Shown: positions 12,774 through 24,430 of the stretch, in pieces | Numbering within the stretch: position 1 is the first letter of the stretch | Layout: each line of letters opens with the position of its first letter | Program-made: the position numbers and the translations under genes | Assembly: GCA_951406725.2 (NCBI GenBank) | Contig: OX597822.1 | Span: forward strand, 21,700,001 to 21,764,000 | Origin: Octopus vulgaris | Taxonomy: Eukaryota | DNA: 64,000 nucleotides | Reading direction: 5' to 3' | The notes under the pieces: model-generated | The model's database searches: none | What the model saw: only the letters and a program-made list of their open reading frames with translations | Told to the model about the DNA's origin: nothing

Positions 12774-13000
12774 TTTCTACTACTCACAAGGGGCTAAACA
12801 TAGAGGGGACAAACAACGACAGACAAACGGATTAAGTCGATTACATCGACCCCAGTGCGTAACTGGTACTTAATTTATCGACCCCGAAAGGATGAAAGGC
12901 AAAGTCGACCTCGGCGGAATTTGAACTCTGAACGTAACGGCAGACGAGATACCGCTAAGCATTTCGCCCGGCGTGCTAACGACTCTGCCAGCTCGCCGCC
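12774..13000 (-). mobile_element. SINE family B, young copy
   Basis: CpG-rich tRNA-like head ggcggcgagctggcagagtcgttagcacgccggg..gttcaaattcc; inserted in (TA)n. Confidence 0.9.
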
Positions 13001-13310
13001 GTATATATATATATACAGGAGAGTATTGTAGTTCACGCATTGTGTATTGTTTGTAAACAATAATAATAAATAGTAAACACATTATTAATATATATGTATA
13101 TATATATATATATATATGTGTGTATGTATGTGTGTATATGTATATATGTGTATGTATGCGTATATATATGTCTACGTATTCATCTGTGTGCATTTGCGTT
13201 TTTGTAGGTGTATTTATATATTAGTGTGAATATGTGTATACGTGTATGCAGGCATGTGTTTATGTGTGTATATGAATACATATATGTATATATGTTTATA
13301 TGTATATATG

Positions 13311-13356
<46 letters not shown>

Positions 13357-14267
13357 CATATATATATATATGTATATATATTTACTTATGTGTATACACG
13401 AGTGTATTAATACATTTGTGTGTGTCAATCTTTGCACAGACTTCTGCATCTTGCTTTATTTATGAATATATGCACATATTTATCTATGCTATGTACGTAT
13501 ATTTATGCATATATACACGTGTGTACCTTTGTATATGAGTTCCTATACATATGTATATATTCGTCCATACATGGGCATATGCGTGTGTATCTAGTTATAT
13601 GTATATGCCCCTATACTTGGATGTGCGTGTGATTATGTGTGTATCTGTGCGTATATATGTGCGTATGTATGTATATGTGTGTATATATGTATGTATCTGT
13701 GTATGTAAACATGCATCTAAGCACGAACACAAAAATTTTTCGTCTAAGTATTGTCTTCCTTTCAACTCCTACTTTTTTTTTCTTTCTCTTAACAGTTACA
13801 ACAGCAAAAGCTCATTACGTAATTTTCTCTAAACTAGAATGTGTACTTTTCACGTTCATATATGAATTTTTTGCATTTCAATAATTTTTCTCTGTCTTTA
13901 CTCATTCTCAAATTTGATGGACATTGTTATGAAATTATAAATTATAATGTGAAGTAAACAGGAAAACAGCTTTCATGCTGCAAGTCCATTGTTAAAATGG
14001 GGGACGCTATAGTTATTAGCCAAAACTGAAAGAAACTATGACAAATTGGCTACCCGCCAGCAAACTTTATAAATAGAGATAATTTTACTCCCCACCTCAG
14101 TTTTTGCGACAGTTTTGTTCAGTTGGATTCTGGAAGCTATGATTGTCTGTTTAGTTCCTGCACTTTGAGCTTTGTGTTAGGCATTTATGGAATTATTCTA
14201 TGCTCCAGGAATTTGTCAGAACTTTTTACTTGTCAGTTTTAAAATAATTTCTGTGTCACATTTGGGT

Positions 14268-14428
14268 CCAAAGTTCGACATTGCAAAGTTCAATACCCAA
14301 GGTTTCTACATTCCAAGGTTCGATATCCAAGGTTTCTACATTCCAATGTTCGATATCCAAGGTTTCTTCTACGTTCCAAGGTTTTTAAATTCCAAGGTTT
14401 GATATCCAAGGTTTCTACATTCCAATGA
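14268..14428. repeat. Minisatellite, ~30-bp unit (ccaaggtttctacatt + ccaaggttcgatat), about 5 copies
   Basis: Directly visible tandem repeat built from two related ~15-bp subunits. Confidence 0.85.
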
Positions 14429-14429
14429 T

Positions 14430-15118
14430 CCTTGCCTTCAGTTCATCTTTGCTGTTACAAGTTTTCTTGGTCTCTCGCTCAACTGCACCCCACACATAAT
14501 AATCAAGAGGGTTGCAGTCTGGGGAGTTAGGTGGCCAGATATTAAGGATGATGTGGTCACAAAAATTGTCTGTCTACCATAACATGGGTTCTCCCACTTG
14601 TGTGGCATGGTGCAGAGTCTTGTTGCCAGACATAGGGTCCCTTCCCTATGTCTGGCAACAGACTTGACTCAGGGCAGCACCACTTGTCACACACTTGACT
14701 CAGGACAGCACTATTTCTTCCAAGCACTTGATGTAGACCTCCGTGTTGTGTGTGAGGCTGTGTGGGAAGGTGAATGGAGGCATAATGTCACCATCACTAT
14801 GATGTTGACTATGATGTTGACTGGATGTTTAATTTTTATCACTCTCATCACTTGTTTTGGGGACTCACATTGACACCCAACACTCTGAAATGTTTGGACT
14901 GGAGCTTCCAGTGTGAATGCCAAGCAGTACAGCATGTCAATTCCAAATCTATGGCAGAGTGAATTGCATCATGGGGCTTTTTACCTCACAAATAGTGCCC
15001 AACTGACCCTACTATACTATGTAGTACTATACTGTGCAGTTGATAAAATCAAAAACTTAAAATGCACATGTGCAAAATTAAAAATATAAAATGGTGACAA
15101 TTTATCCATTGCTCCCTG
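14430..15118 (-). mobile_element. Internally deleted maT (DD37D)-like transposon
   Basis: Reverse complement encodes NIWPPNSPDCNPLDYYVWG; terminus reads tacagggagcaatggataaattgtcacc. Confidence 0.7.
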
Positions 15119-15120
15119 TA

Positions 15121-15335
15121 TATGTGTGTGTGTGTCTTTTTGTCTGTGTTTGTCCCTCACCACTGCTTGACAACTGGTGTTGGTGTGTTTACATCCCTTC
15201 AACTTAGTGATTCTACAGAAGATTGATAAAATTAGTACCGAGTTTAAAAAAGTACTGGGGATCGAGTCAAGTTCTTCAAGGTGGTGCCCAAGCATGGTTG
15301 CAGTCTAATGACTGAAACAAGTAAAAGATAAAAGA
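15121..15335 (+). mobile_element. SINE family A 3' half
   Basis: Tail ...gcagtctaatgactgaaacaagtaaaagataaaaga. Confidence 0.75.
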
Positions 15336-15423
15336 CACACCCTCATACACCCACACACATATATGTGTATGTGTATGTATATCTATATATCTATCTATCT
15401 CTCTATATATATATATATATATA

Positions 15424-15577
15424 GGGGGAGAATTCACAAAAAAAAACGAAAGACAAAGACAGGTGGTGTAGAAAACAAACAGATGTATAAGTATAACGCT
15501 TAGGAATTGAAAAAGTCTGTTATGTTTCTAGCCTATGCTCTTCCACAGAAAGGAACACAGAAAGAAACAAGGAGATA
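15424..15577 (-). mobile_element. Hammerhead-bearing element, copy 2 (motif 15517-15552)
   Basis: Homologous to 9046-9238; core CTGTGGA. Confidence 0.7.
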
Positions 15578-16289
15578 TAAATTTGTTGTTTAACCTAAAC
15601 TCTTCCCATCATTGGGCAAATCTATATGAACAGCGTTATGCTTATGCTGTGCTCTTGCATGTGTGCCTACATTTTACAATTAGTGCACAAACTTTACACC
15701 ATGAAATTTATTACTTTTTTTACTAAAGAAATTTGAGTAACATTTCCTCATAAGGGCATGCTTATACTTTGCCAAGAAAGACAAGAATTGCTTGCAAGCA
15801 AATTTCTATGCACACTCACAGCAATAACCCTTGAACATCAGTTTTCTAGTCTTAACCATTACGTCTCTTTTATGATTATTTTGCACCATGTTTTCCAATG
15901 TATCTTCGTTGTTTCAGACAAAAGTATTTGATTTGAAAGAAATTTGGTTGCTATTTCTTGCAGATAGTGAAGCCATATAGAAACTCCTCCATTAGATCAG
16001 TTTTGATATATTACATTGTATAGAAAAGATTTCATACTGAGTAAGATATATTTATATTTTGTAGCTATATGGTTCCTTGCACATTACTTCAGTCTCAAGG
16101 AAAAATTTTCTAATTTAATTTAGTACTTTATAGATATTTTTATAGATAGTTACAAAGTAGTAGAGTGTACTCAACTCTATCCTTGAAAGTTGATATGATT
16201 CCTGTTCCTAAATGCAAAACTATTTCTGTGTATTTTCTACATATTTGATCATAATTTGTATAGATAGTAGAACTTTGTAAATGGTATTG

Positions 16290-16332
<43 letters not shown>

Positions 16333-16786
16333 ATTTAAAAGATAAAGTTTAAGGGAAATAGTGTTAGCTTGTTCAGCAAGAATTATTTAGAAAAGTTCAT
16401 AAATTTGGTCAAGGTTGATTAAACATCCAAATTTGCAAGCTTCATAAAATAATTTTTACCAAAGATATTCAACTATTAGTTTTCTCAAGCCCTGTGTTTG
16501 AAAATTATTTTGTATATGCACATGTATGTGAGTGTGTTTATGTGTCTAAGTTCATACAAGTGTTAGTTATTGTGTAACTATTTATGCTCCATAACATTGT
16601 GGCTTGAAAAATACAGGTTGATAAAATAGATATTCGTGTTGATATGATTGACTTAACACTTGGGGATGGTACCCAGTATTGTCACAGAAACGTAATGGAA
16701 ACCAGTATAGAAACGTTTTTTTTATGTAATTTTTAGTTGCATTTATATATGTGAATGTGTTTGTGTGCATATTTTCAGCATGAAGC

Positions 16787-16837
16787 TTTGTCAGTGAACA
16801 GGTCGCGGTCTCAAAGCGACGAAAATATTTTGACAAA
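16787..16837 (+). ncRNA. Type-I hammerhead ribozyme candidate with G3-C8 core swap
   Basis: tttgtca-GTGAACA-g-GTCGC-ggtctcaaa-GCGAC-GAAA-ATAT-TT-tgacaaa: 7-bp stem I, 5-bp stem II, palindromic AATATT stem III. Confidence 0.75.
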
Positions 16838-17049
16838 TTAAATTTAAATGTTGAAGTGAATCTAACGGTTTTGTGTGTTTCTTAAATGGCTTATAAACAC
16901 CTTCCACACTGCAATTGACATTGAAACAATTGATGTTAAACTTGAGCAAATGAAAAATGTGAGTCAGGGCAACTTGTGAGATATGTGCAGCTCTGAGAGA
17001 GAGTGGCTGGGAAAGTATTTACCATGGAATAAGGAGAGAGAGCTGTGTA

Positions 17050-18332
17050 CGAGGGGCGTTCAATAAGTAATGCCTCTGACCCACTTGCATTTGTTTGATC
17101 TAGCTGAAATTTTGCATATGCAATTATTCATAACTTTATAGATTAAGTGAAAAATTACAGCTCTGAACTAATTGTGGTTTCTGATTTACAGGTGTTTGAA
17201 GTAAGTCAAGTGTGAAATGGAGCCTGTTGAGTGTCGAGCAGTGATCCGGTTTTTGTATTTGAAAGGACGCACACCACGGGAGACTTTTGATGAAATGAAA
17301 GTAACTTATGGTGATGATGCCCCATCATATGACCTTGTAAAACGCTGGCATCGTGAATTCAAACATGGTCGGAACTCTGTGGAAACAGCTCCCAAATCTG
17401 GTCGCCCCCCTTCTGCCATTGATGAGGCATCTGTCCGTCAAGTTGAGGCTGCCATTTTGGAAGATCGACGCATAACTATTTGCCAAATAGCCCATGAGGT
17501 CAAGATTAGTACCAGGTCTGTGGAAACTATCATTCATGACCATTTGCATATGCAAAAGGTGTCTGCCAGATGGATTCCCAGGTTGCTCACACCTTTCCAG
17601 AAGCAAGAACGCATCGAGTGCTCGAGGATGAATTTGGAGATGTGCCAAGAAGATGAGTCAAAATTTTTCAAAAGACTGATTACACAGGATGAAACCTGGG
17701 TCCATCACTATGATCCAGAGACCAAAGCCGAGTCAATGCAGTGGAAGCACCGTGACTCACCTCCAAAGAAGGCAAAGGTGCAGCCCTCCGCTGGCAAGGT
17801 CATGCTCACAGTCTTCTGGGACCAGGACAGAGTAGTGATGACTGATTTCCTGGCAAAGGGTACCACAATTACAGGAGCCTATTATGCTTCACTTTTGAGA
17901 AAATTAAGAGAAGCTATCAAAATCAAGAGGTGGGGCAAGATCAGCAAAGGCATACTCCTCCTGCAGGACAACGCTCCGGTCCACATCTTGCGTATCGCCA
18001 GATCAGAAGCACAGGCGTGCGGCTATGAACTCATCCCCCCTACTCTCCTGACCTTGCACCCTCTGATTTTCACCTCTTCCCAGCCATGAAGTTGTTTTTG
18101 AAAGAAAAGCAGTTCCCAGATTATGCAGCCTTGATTTCTGAAGTCACGTTGTGGTTGGAAGACCAAGCTGGGGTCTCCTAAAAAAACCGTCTCCAGAGCT
18201 GCATCAAACAATGGGAGAAATGCGTAACTCTGGGTGGTTCCTATGTAGAAAAATACTAATAACTGTGCCAAGTTTCGTTGCTCTACTGCTATGGGAAGTA
18301 GGTCAGGGGCATTACTTATTGAACGCCCCTAG
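17050..18332 (+). mobile_element. Near-intact mariner (DD34D) transposon, 1283 bp
   Basis: ~37-bp TIRs cgaggggcgttcaataagtaatgcc.ctgacc at both ends with TA flanks. Confidence 0.95.
17217..18259 (+). pseudogene. Mariner transposase, frameshift near 18035 and an in-frame stop near 18180
   Basis: WIPRLL, TQDETWVHHY, KVMLTVFWD, LQDNAPVH, then in shifted frame YSPDLAPSDFHLF..WEKCVTLGGSYVEKY. Confidence 0.92.
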
Positions 18333-18679
18333 TAAGATATAGTAAAAATGACAAAAACAGGAGATGAATGAATCCTGTGGGCATGGCAAATGTGCACTTT
18401 GTGTTTGTGGATTGTAGTAAATTGGTGAAGGGGGATTTGCAACCATTTTATTAATTAGCTAACTAGTCTTTATTTTGTATTAGGTCTATAGGAAAAATAT
18501 AAGGAATATTGTCATTTTCAGTTTTAGTTTCACTATCAAAGTTAATTGACAGATGGTAATGAAAATGAAAATTGTAGAATACCATGCTCAGATGCACTAC
18601 AACTCATCAGAAAAATTAGCAAAAGTGCATTGAATAATATAGAACAACTCATTACAAAAAAGAATGTGGGGCATCAAGT

Positions 18680-19060
18680 GTACTATTGGCAAATTTCAGG
18701 AAGTATGGACGTTCTGAAGAATGTAATGTCCCAACAACCAACCACTGATGCAGATAGTTTATTCCATGCTTCAATAATTCTGAAAGTGAAAAAAATGATC
18801 CTGGAAGTCATGGGAGATGTGCTTTCTTTTTTTTTTTTTTTTTGTAAGCATGACCATTGGTATTGAAACCAAAAGTAACAAAGACAGTATGAAGAAACAT
18901 TACATCTGTGTGATAGAGATTAGAGTATGTTGGTGAGTGATTCAGTGAGCCAGTCCACTGGGTGAGATACATGTATATATGTAGCAGACATCCAAGACTC
19001 CAAGTAAGGTGCAGGGCATCTCATTCCATTGTGGATCAGTAGTTGTTAGGAGCTGGAGTA
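18680..19060 (-). mobile_element. CR1-like LINE 3' fragment (decayed)
   Basis: Reverse complement remnants HDFQDHFF.. and IEAWNKLSASVVGC resemble the CR1 ORF2 C-terminal FFT.RV...WN.LP motif. Confidence 0.55.
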
Positions 19061-19957
19061 TTTTCTATCCCTGAAGATTAAAGCCAGTATGTCTGGTGAA
19101 ATTTTTTCATCAGATTAAAAGAGTATAATTATTTCATTTTATTACTTTTGTGTACTTATCTAATACTACTATTTTGATAGCTATGTTCACACATATATCT
19201 ACAGTTAAGATAAACCTAGAAATTTCTAATTTTTTTAATGAGTGGTGGTGTGCCATTAACCCTATCACACTGTGCTCCCAGTATATCAGGAATATCCAAA
19301 ACATTATCTGTACTGGATTCCCATTAAAGCAGTAATGAACAACACACATAGAAAAGACGAAATACTAAAAATCGATAACTGATCACATCACAGTTTTGTA
19401 GTCAATTTATTTAAGACTCATTATTAATGTTGCTTAGTTTTGTTTTTAATTAAAAGAATTTGGATCTTCTGTGATGAAACAAGCCTGTGACAAATCCAGC
19501 ACTTTTTCTGGAAAATAAGCAACGCCTAGAATCTTTACAGTTGAGGAAATTATTGATGATATTTATTCTTCAGATAAAAATTTTCTCTTTCTGCAGACAA
19601 TGAGAGTGATTTGGACAACCAAAGTGATGAGGAAAGTAGTGTGTTAGATGAACAAATACTGTAGTTGAGGAATAGGCCTGCAATTGTAATTCTCCTGATT
19701 TTTTTTTTGTTTTTTTTTGTGTGCCTGCAATGAACAAATAAGGTAGTTGAGAGAAAGGCCAATTATCATTATTTTCCTGAACTCTTTTGTGATTCTGTAC
19801 ATTAGTTTGCCTGAACTGTGTATACAACTATTAATTCTTTTGCTTTTTGAGCCCAAGTGGAGGGTAAAGTACTCCAGATGGAGTACCTTTTTTGTTGATC
19901 TTACCTTCATGGAACAGTATGTATACACAAATACACACACACACACACACACACACA

Positions 19958-20482
19958 CGAGGTCTGGTCAAAAGTATTGGGACTGGTGTTATATAAAGAA
20001 AACTACAACGCATCAATTTGGCATTTCTCATTCTGAAGCCATATACTTTATCTGATATTGTTTCCATTGATGAAAGCATTCCTGGAACTCCTTTTTGGAG
20101 ACAATAAGCAGCTGCCTCATCCCATTCTCTTGGGTTAGCGAGATGTCTTGAAATCTTGTTGGGGTTTTCCACCATGAAGACTGAACCTTAGTTTTGGTGT
20201 CATAGCAATAAACCTACAATCTGTCACCTTTTATAACTGCCTTCAGAAAGTTTTCGTCTTCCTCAACACAGCAAAGGAGATCCTGCACAGCTGAAATTTG
20301 ATTTTTTTGAGATGACCACCCTTTACACACTTTACTTTCAAGCATTGCGAAAAGTGAGCCAGAAAATTCTATAACTTAGTGTGCATGTGCATCAAAGTTC
20401 AAGGTCAGTCTGTGGCAAGCAGACTGCTTCCTTTAGCTTCATTACCATAACACTAGTCCCAATACTTTTTGTTTGCACCTTG
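19958..20482 (-). mobile_element. Internally deleted mariner derivative (~525 bp)
   Basis: TIRs ..caaaagtattgggactggtgttat and reverse complement ..aaaagtattgggactagtgttat; transposase scraps inside. Confidence 0.7.
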
Positions 20483-20497
20483 CATATAAATAAATAA

Positions 20498-20499
<2 letters not shown>

Positions 20500-20545
<46 letters not shown>

Positions 20546-20872
20546 GTATATATGTATATATATACATGGATATATGTATATGTATACATGTATATATGTA
20601 TACATGTATACATGTGTATATGTATACATGTATATATGTATATGTATATATACATGTATACATGTGTATATGTATACATGTATATATGTATATGTATGTA
20701 ATATATATATATGTATATGTATGTATACATGTATATATGTATATGCATGTATGTATATGTATATATGTATATGCATGTATGTATACATGTATATATGTAT
20801 ATATATGTCTGAATACATGTATATATGTATATGTATGTAATATATATATATGTATGTGTATATGTATGTAAT

Positions 20873-20918
<46 letters not shown>
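20500..20918. repeat. Compound (TA)n/(TATG)n/(TACATG)n microsatellite
   Basis: Directly visible; source of several spurious YI/CI ORFs. Confidence 0.95.
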
Positions 20919-20922
<4 letters not shown>

Positions 20923-21467
20923 TTTTTTTTCAATAAACCTCAAATTAAATCTGAGGTAACTTCAACAATGAGATTTCTTGCAGAATAAGAAGAAAAAAAA
21001 TGTAAATGGAAAACAAATGCCTAATTGAGTCAAAGCAAATATTGGAACAACAATAAGTGATGTGACAATCTTGAGATACATGACATAAAACATTTATACA
21101 TGGTTTAAAAAAAAGTCAACCATTTTCCTCGTAAAGACAAATGCTAGATGTTCTATCAGTTAAGATATATGAAACATAATTACATCTGTAAAACAATTCT
21201 GAGGATAAGGCTTAAAGAAGCATACCAATGGTTTCTGCCCAATTTACCAATTTTGCTTGAATCCAATGGTGGTTTATGTAACATTCTAATAGGATTATGC
21301 ATGTGCAGATGAGAGAGAGAGAGAGAGAGAGAGAGGGTGTGTGTGTATATGCATGTGACTAGATATTCTGGTGCATGTGTACATATATATACATGTACTT
21401 TTGAATATGTAAATGCAGGCTTTTAACTGTCTTAATACACATAACACATACACTGTATATTTGTGTG

Positions 21468-21521
<54 letters not shown>

Positions 21522-21577
21522 CAAGCATAAGTGTGTGTATTGCATGTGTATGTATGTATACACACACACCCAAACAA

Positions 21578-21790
21578 GAGAGCTGGTAGAGCTGGTAAAA
21601 CTGTTAGCATGCTAGACAAAATGCTTAATGGCATTTCATTTATCTTTATGTTCTAAGTTCAAATTCTGCCGAGGTTGGAGCTGTCTTTCATTCTTCCAAG
21701 GTTGATAAAATAAGTATCTGTTGAGCACTGGCATTGATGTAATTTACTAGCCCACCTCCTCCATAATATCAGGCTTTGTGCCCGTAGTAC
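21578..21790 (+). mobile_element. SINE family B (diverged)
   Basis: gagctggtaaaactgttagcatgc..gttcaaattctgccgagg..ttgataaaataagta. Confidence 0.7.
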
Positions 21791-22426
21791 AAATACACAC
21801 ACATAGAGAGTTGTAGATATAACTGCAAGCAGGGGTTTCTGATCAAACAGTTCATTTATCAACCATGTGGTTTGGGGTTGAGTCTCATTGTGTGACATCT
21901 TGTGCAAGTGCCTTCTACTTTAGCTCTGAGCCAATCTGAGCTTTGTGAGTGGATTTAGTAAATGGAAAAAGAAAGAAGCCTGAAAATAGACACACCACAC
22001 ATAGATATACACAATGTGTATATTTGTGAGAGAGAAAGAATATGTGAATGTATGTGAAAGTATTGTTTATTATTATTTCATGATTATATCAATTTTTTCT
22101 TCCTGCTTACACCATCTTGCATATTCTTTGTGATATTTCTCAAAACCATATAATCAATATCATCAGGAATCCAGAAAGAGGAAAAATCAGCAGGTGTCGC
22201 ATAGATAAAACAGTTCCAAAGTCAAAGAAGGGAAATTCCAATTCATAGCTCCATTTTACTCTGGTAGTACCTAGTTACACCAAATTTAGTGCAGAGTCAG
22301 TTTCGGCAGTTCTACTTACTTTATACAGACACTGAACTCTTTTACAAATTTTCTACTTGGTCCATCTTCAAATCTAGAATTAGTAGAGCATTTCTCAGTT
22401 TCTAATTCCACAATTGTATATGAGTA

Positions 22427-22960
22427 CATCATCATCATCCGTTTTCCATGCTAGTTGGGTTGGACGATTCGACTGGGGTCTGGGAAGCCAGGAGGCTGCA
22501 CCAGGCTCCAGTCTGATCTGGCAGTGTTTCTACAGCTGGATGCCCTTCCTAACGCCAACCACCCCATGAGTGTAGTGGGTGCTTTCTACGTGCCACCTAC
22601 ACAGGGGCCAGATGAGGCTAGCAAACGGCCATGATTGGTTGGTGCTTTTACGTGTCACCGACACGGACGCCAGTCAGGCAGCGCTGGCAACTGCCACATT
22701 CAGACGGTGCTTTTAACGTGTCACCAGTACGGGTATCTTAACTACAATTTCCATTTGATTTTCATTTTTATGTTGGTGTTAACGTATTTTACTCAGTAGG
22801 TCTCCTCAAGAACTCTACGATCCAAGGTTAGCACAGCAGGCTGTCCTGCGAGCCATGGACTCACTTCATTTGTCAGGTCTTCGAAGTCACAGCATATCTC
22901 CAGAGGTCTCAGTCTTTCGTCATAGCCTCTGAGAGGCTCAACAAATGAAGGTCATGCTTG
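22427..22960 (-). mobile_element. RTE LINE 3' end with (GAT)n tail
   Basis: Reverse complement KHDLHLLSLSEAMTKD*DLWRYAV followed by the 3' UTR shared with 49460-49736. Confidence 0.85.
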
Positions 22961-23834
22961 TAATGGAATCTGTTTTCTGAATATCTACTCATATCTGAAA
23001 TGTATATGAGTAGATATTTTGGACATATCTACAAGGACGGTGGATATTAAGTAGACAGTATATACATAGGTTTTCTTTGATTATTTATGTATTTCATGTA
23101 AGTTTACATAGGTAAGACTGTATGCATGCACAGATTTGGCTCTAATTTGTTTAGCTAAATGCATCAATGTTAGATAACTCGTACATGCACACACAAACAC
23201 ACATACTTTGTGTAAACATCTCAGAAAGAAAATGAGGTAATCGTAATCTTTGGAGAATTTATGTTATGACATAAGAAATAAACACGCTTGGCAATGTATT
23301 GGTTCCTTCTTCAGTAAATTTACGGTTTTGTTCAACTGAAACTGAAAGGTACAGAGAATTATATTTCATGTGATAACAGCCACAACAACAGTTCCATCAA
23401 TGATGAATATATTGATACTACTGTTACTGTGGATAATGTTGATGGTAGTAGCATCAGTATTGGTGGTGGCATAACAATAATAACAATTGTTGTTCTTCTT
23501 CTGTGTTACTTAACAAATTTCCACAATATTTACTTGCAAAGACATTACTCAAAGAAACAATACTGTCTGCCGACACTACAGTAGATTGTTTTGGTGCAAA
23601 GTTAGTATAAAGCCATCTAATTTGTCTTTGTTAGCAGACTGTTATAACACGACAGATCAAGTGTCTCATACAAAAAACAGAAAAAGAAATAAAGAACAGG
23701 ATTTAAGACAACAACAACAACACAAACAACCACTACCAAAACAATCCCAACCAGCACCACTATCATCTCAACACCATTGGTAACAAAAAGCAGCCATATC
23801 ACTCATGACAAAATGAATTTCTTTCAATGCATAC

Positions 23835-23838
23835 ATAC

Positions 23839-23874
<36 letters not shown>

Positions 23875-23875
23875 C

Positions 23876-23919
<44 letters not shown>

Positions 23920-23945
23920 TATGTGTGTATATATATATATATACG

Positions 23946-24001
<56 letters not shown>

Positions 24002-24316
24002 CATAAGATATTTTTCTCCATTTCTCGAATATGTCTGAATACATTTGAGACAAATAATGAGGAGCATTGAAGTACCAATATATTTCAATTTTCAACGAAT
24101 ATCTCACTTCAATGAGGTGTCATTTATATTTTCTGATCAGTAATATGAAATAAACCAATAATAGTTGCTTTGCTCTCCTTGTTGCCATTCTTGTTCTTAC
24201 TGCTGATGCTGATGATGCTAGACTCAATATGGTATATGTCATTGATAACATCATCATCATCATCATCATCATTGTTATTAGATTAGAAACTATTGTTGTT
24301 GTTTTTGTTGTTGTTG

Positions 24317-24370
<54 letters not shown>

Positions 24371-24376
24371 GTATTA

Positions 24377-24417
<41 letters not shown>

Positions 24418-24430
24418 CATCATCATCATT
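23835..24430. repeat. (TA)n, (CAT)n, (GTT)n and (ATT)n microsatellite cluster
   Basis: Directly visible. Confidence 0.9.

Larger units (their letters stand above)
10560..13924. mobile_element. Large palindromic Penelope-like element remnant with nested insertions
   Basis: Core arms 11399-11739 and 11764-12119; outer arms from 10694 and to 13924. Arms encode a PLE endonuclease C-terminal remnant NHITSF..TSLANFIWRLKESKTKYDVT..QLCSEESLSIML..LPRCLHEAKH. Confidence 0.8.

Noticed and set aside
12900-13000. tRNA-like sequences with A/B boxes (also at 45647, 39010, 38576)
   Set aside because: They are SINE heads continuing into SINE bodies; no complete cloverleaf seen.
10786-13884. Many 70-140 aa ORFs rich in Y/I/C/V/M/H/T (also at 20392-20943, 23768-24107, 36520-37282, 48147-48576)
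   Set aside because: Translations of (TA)n/(TG)n/(TATG)n microsatellites, which lack stop codons in several frames; no domain content.
14268-14428. Regularly spaced repeat superficially like a CRISPR array
   Set aside because: No unique spacers, no cas genes, eukaryotic context; it is a minisatellite.
23070-23097. Possible 28-nt exon VFFDYLCIS with a gtaagt donor, phase-compatible with 26341
   Set aside because: The acceptor lacks a pyrimidine tract, and such short matches arise easily by chance.
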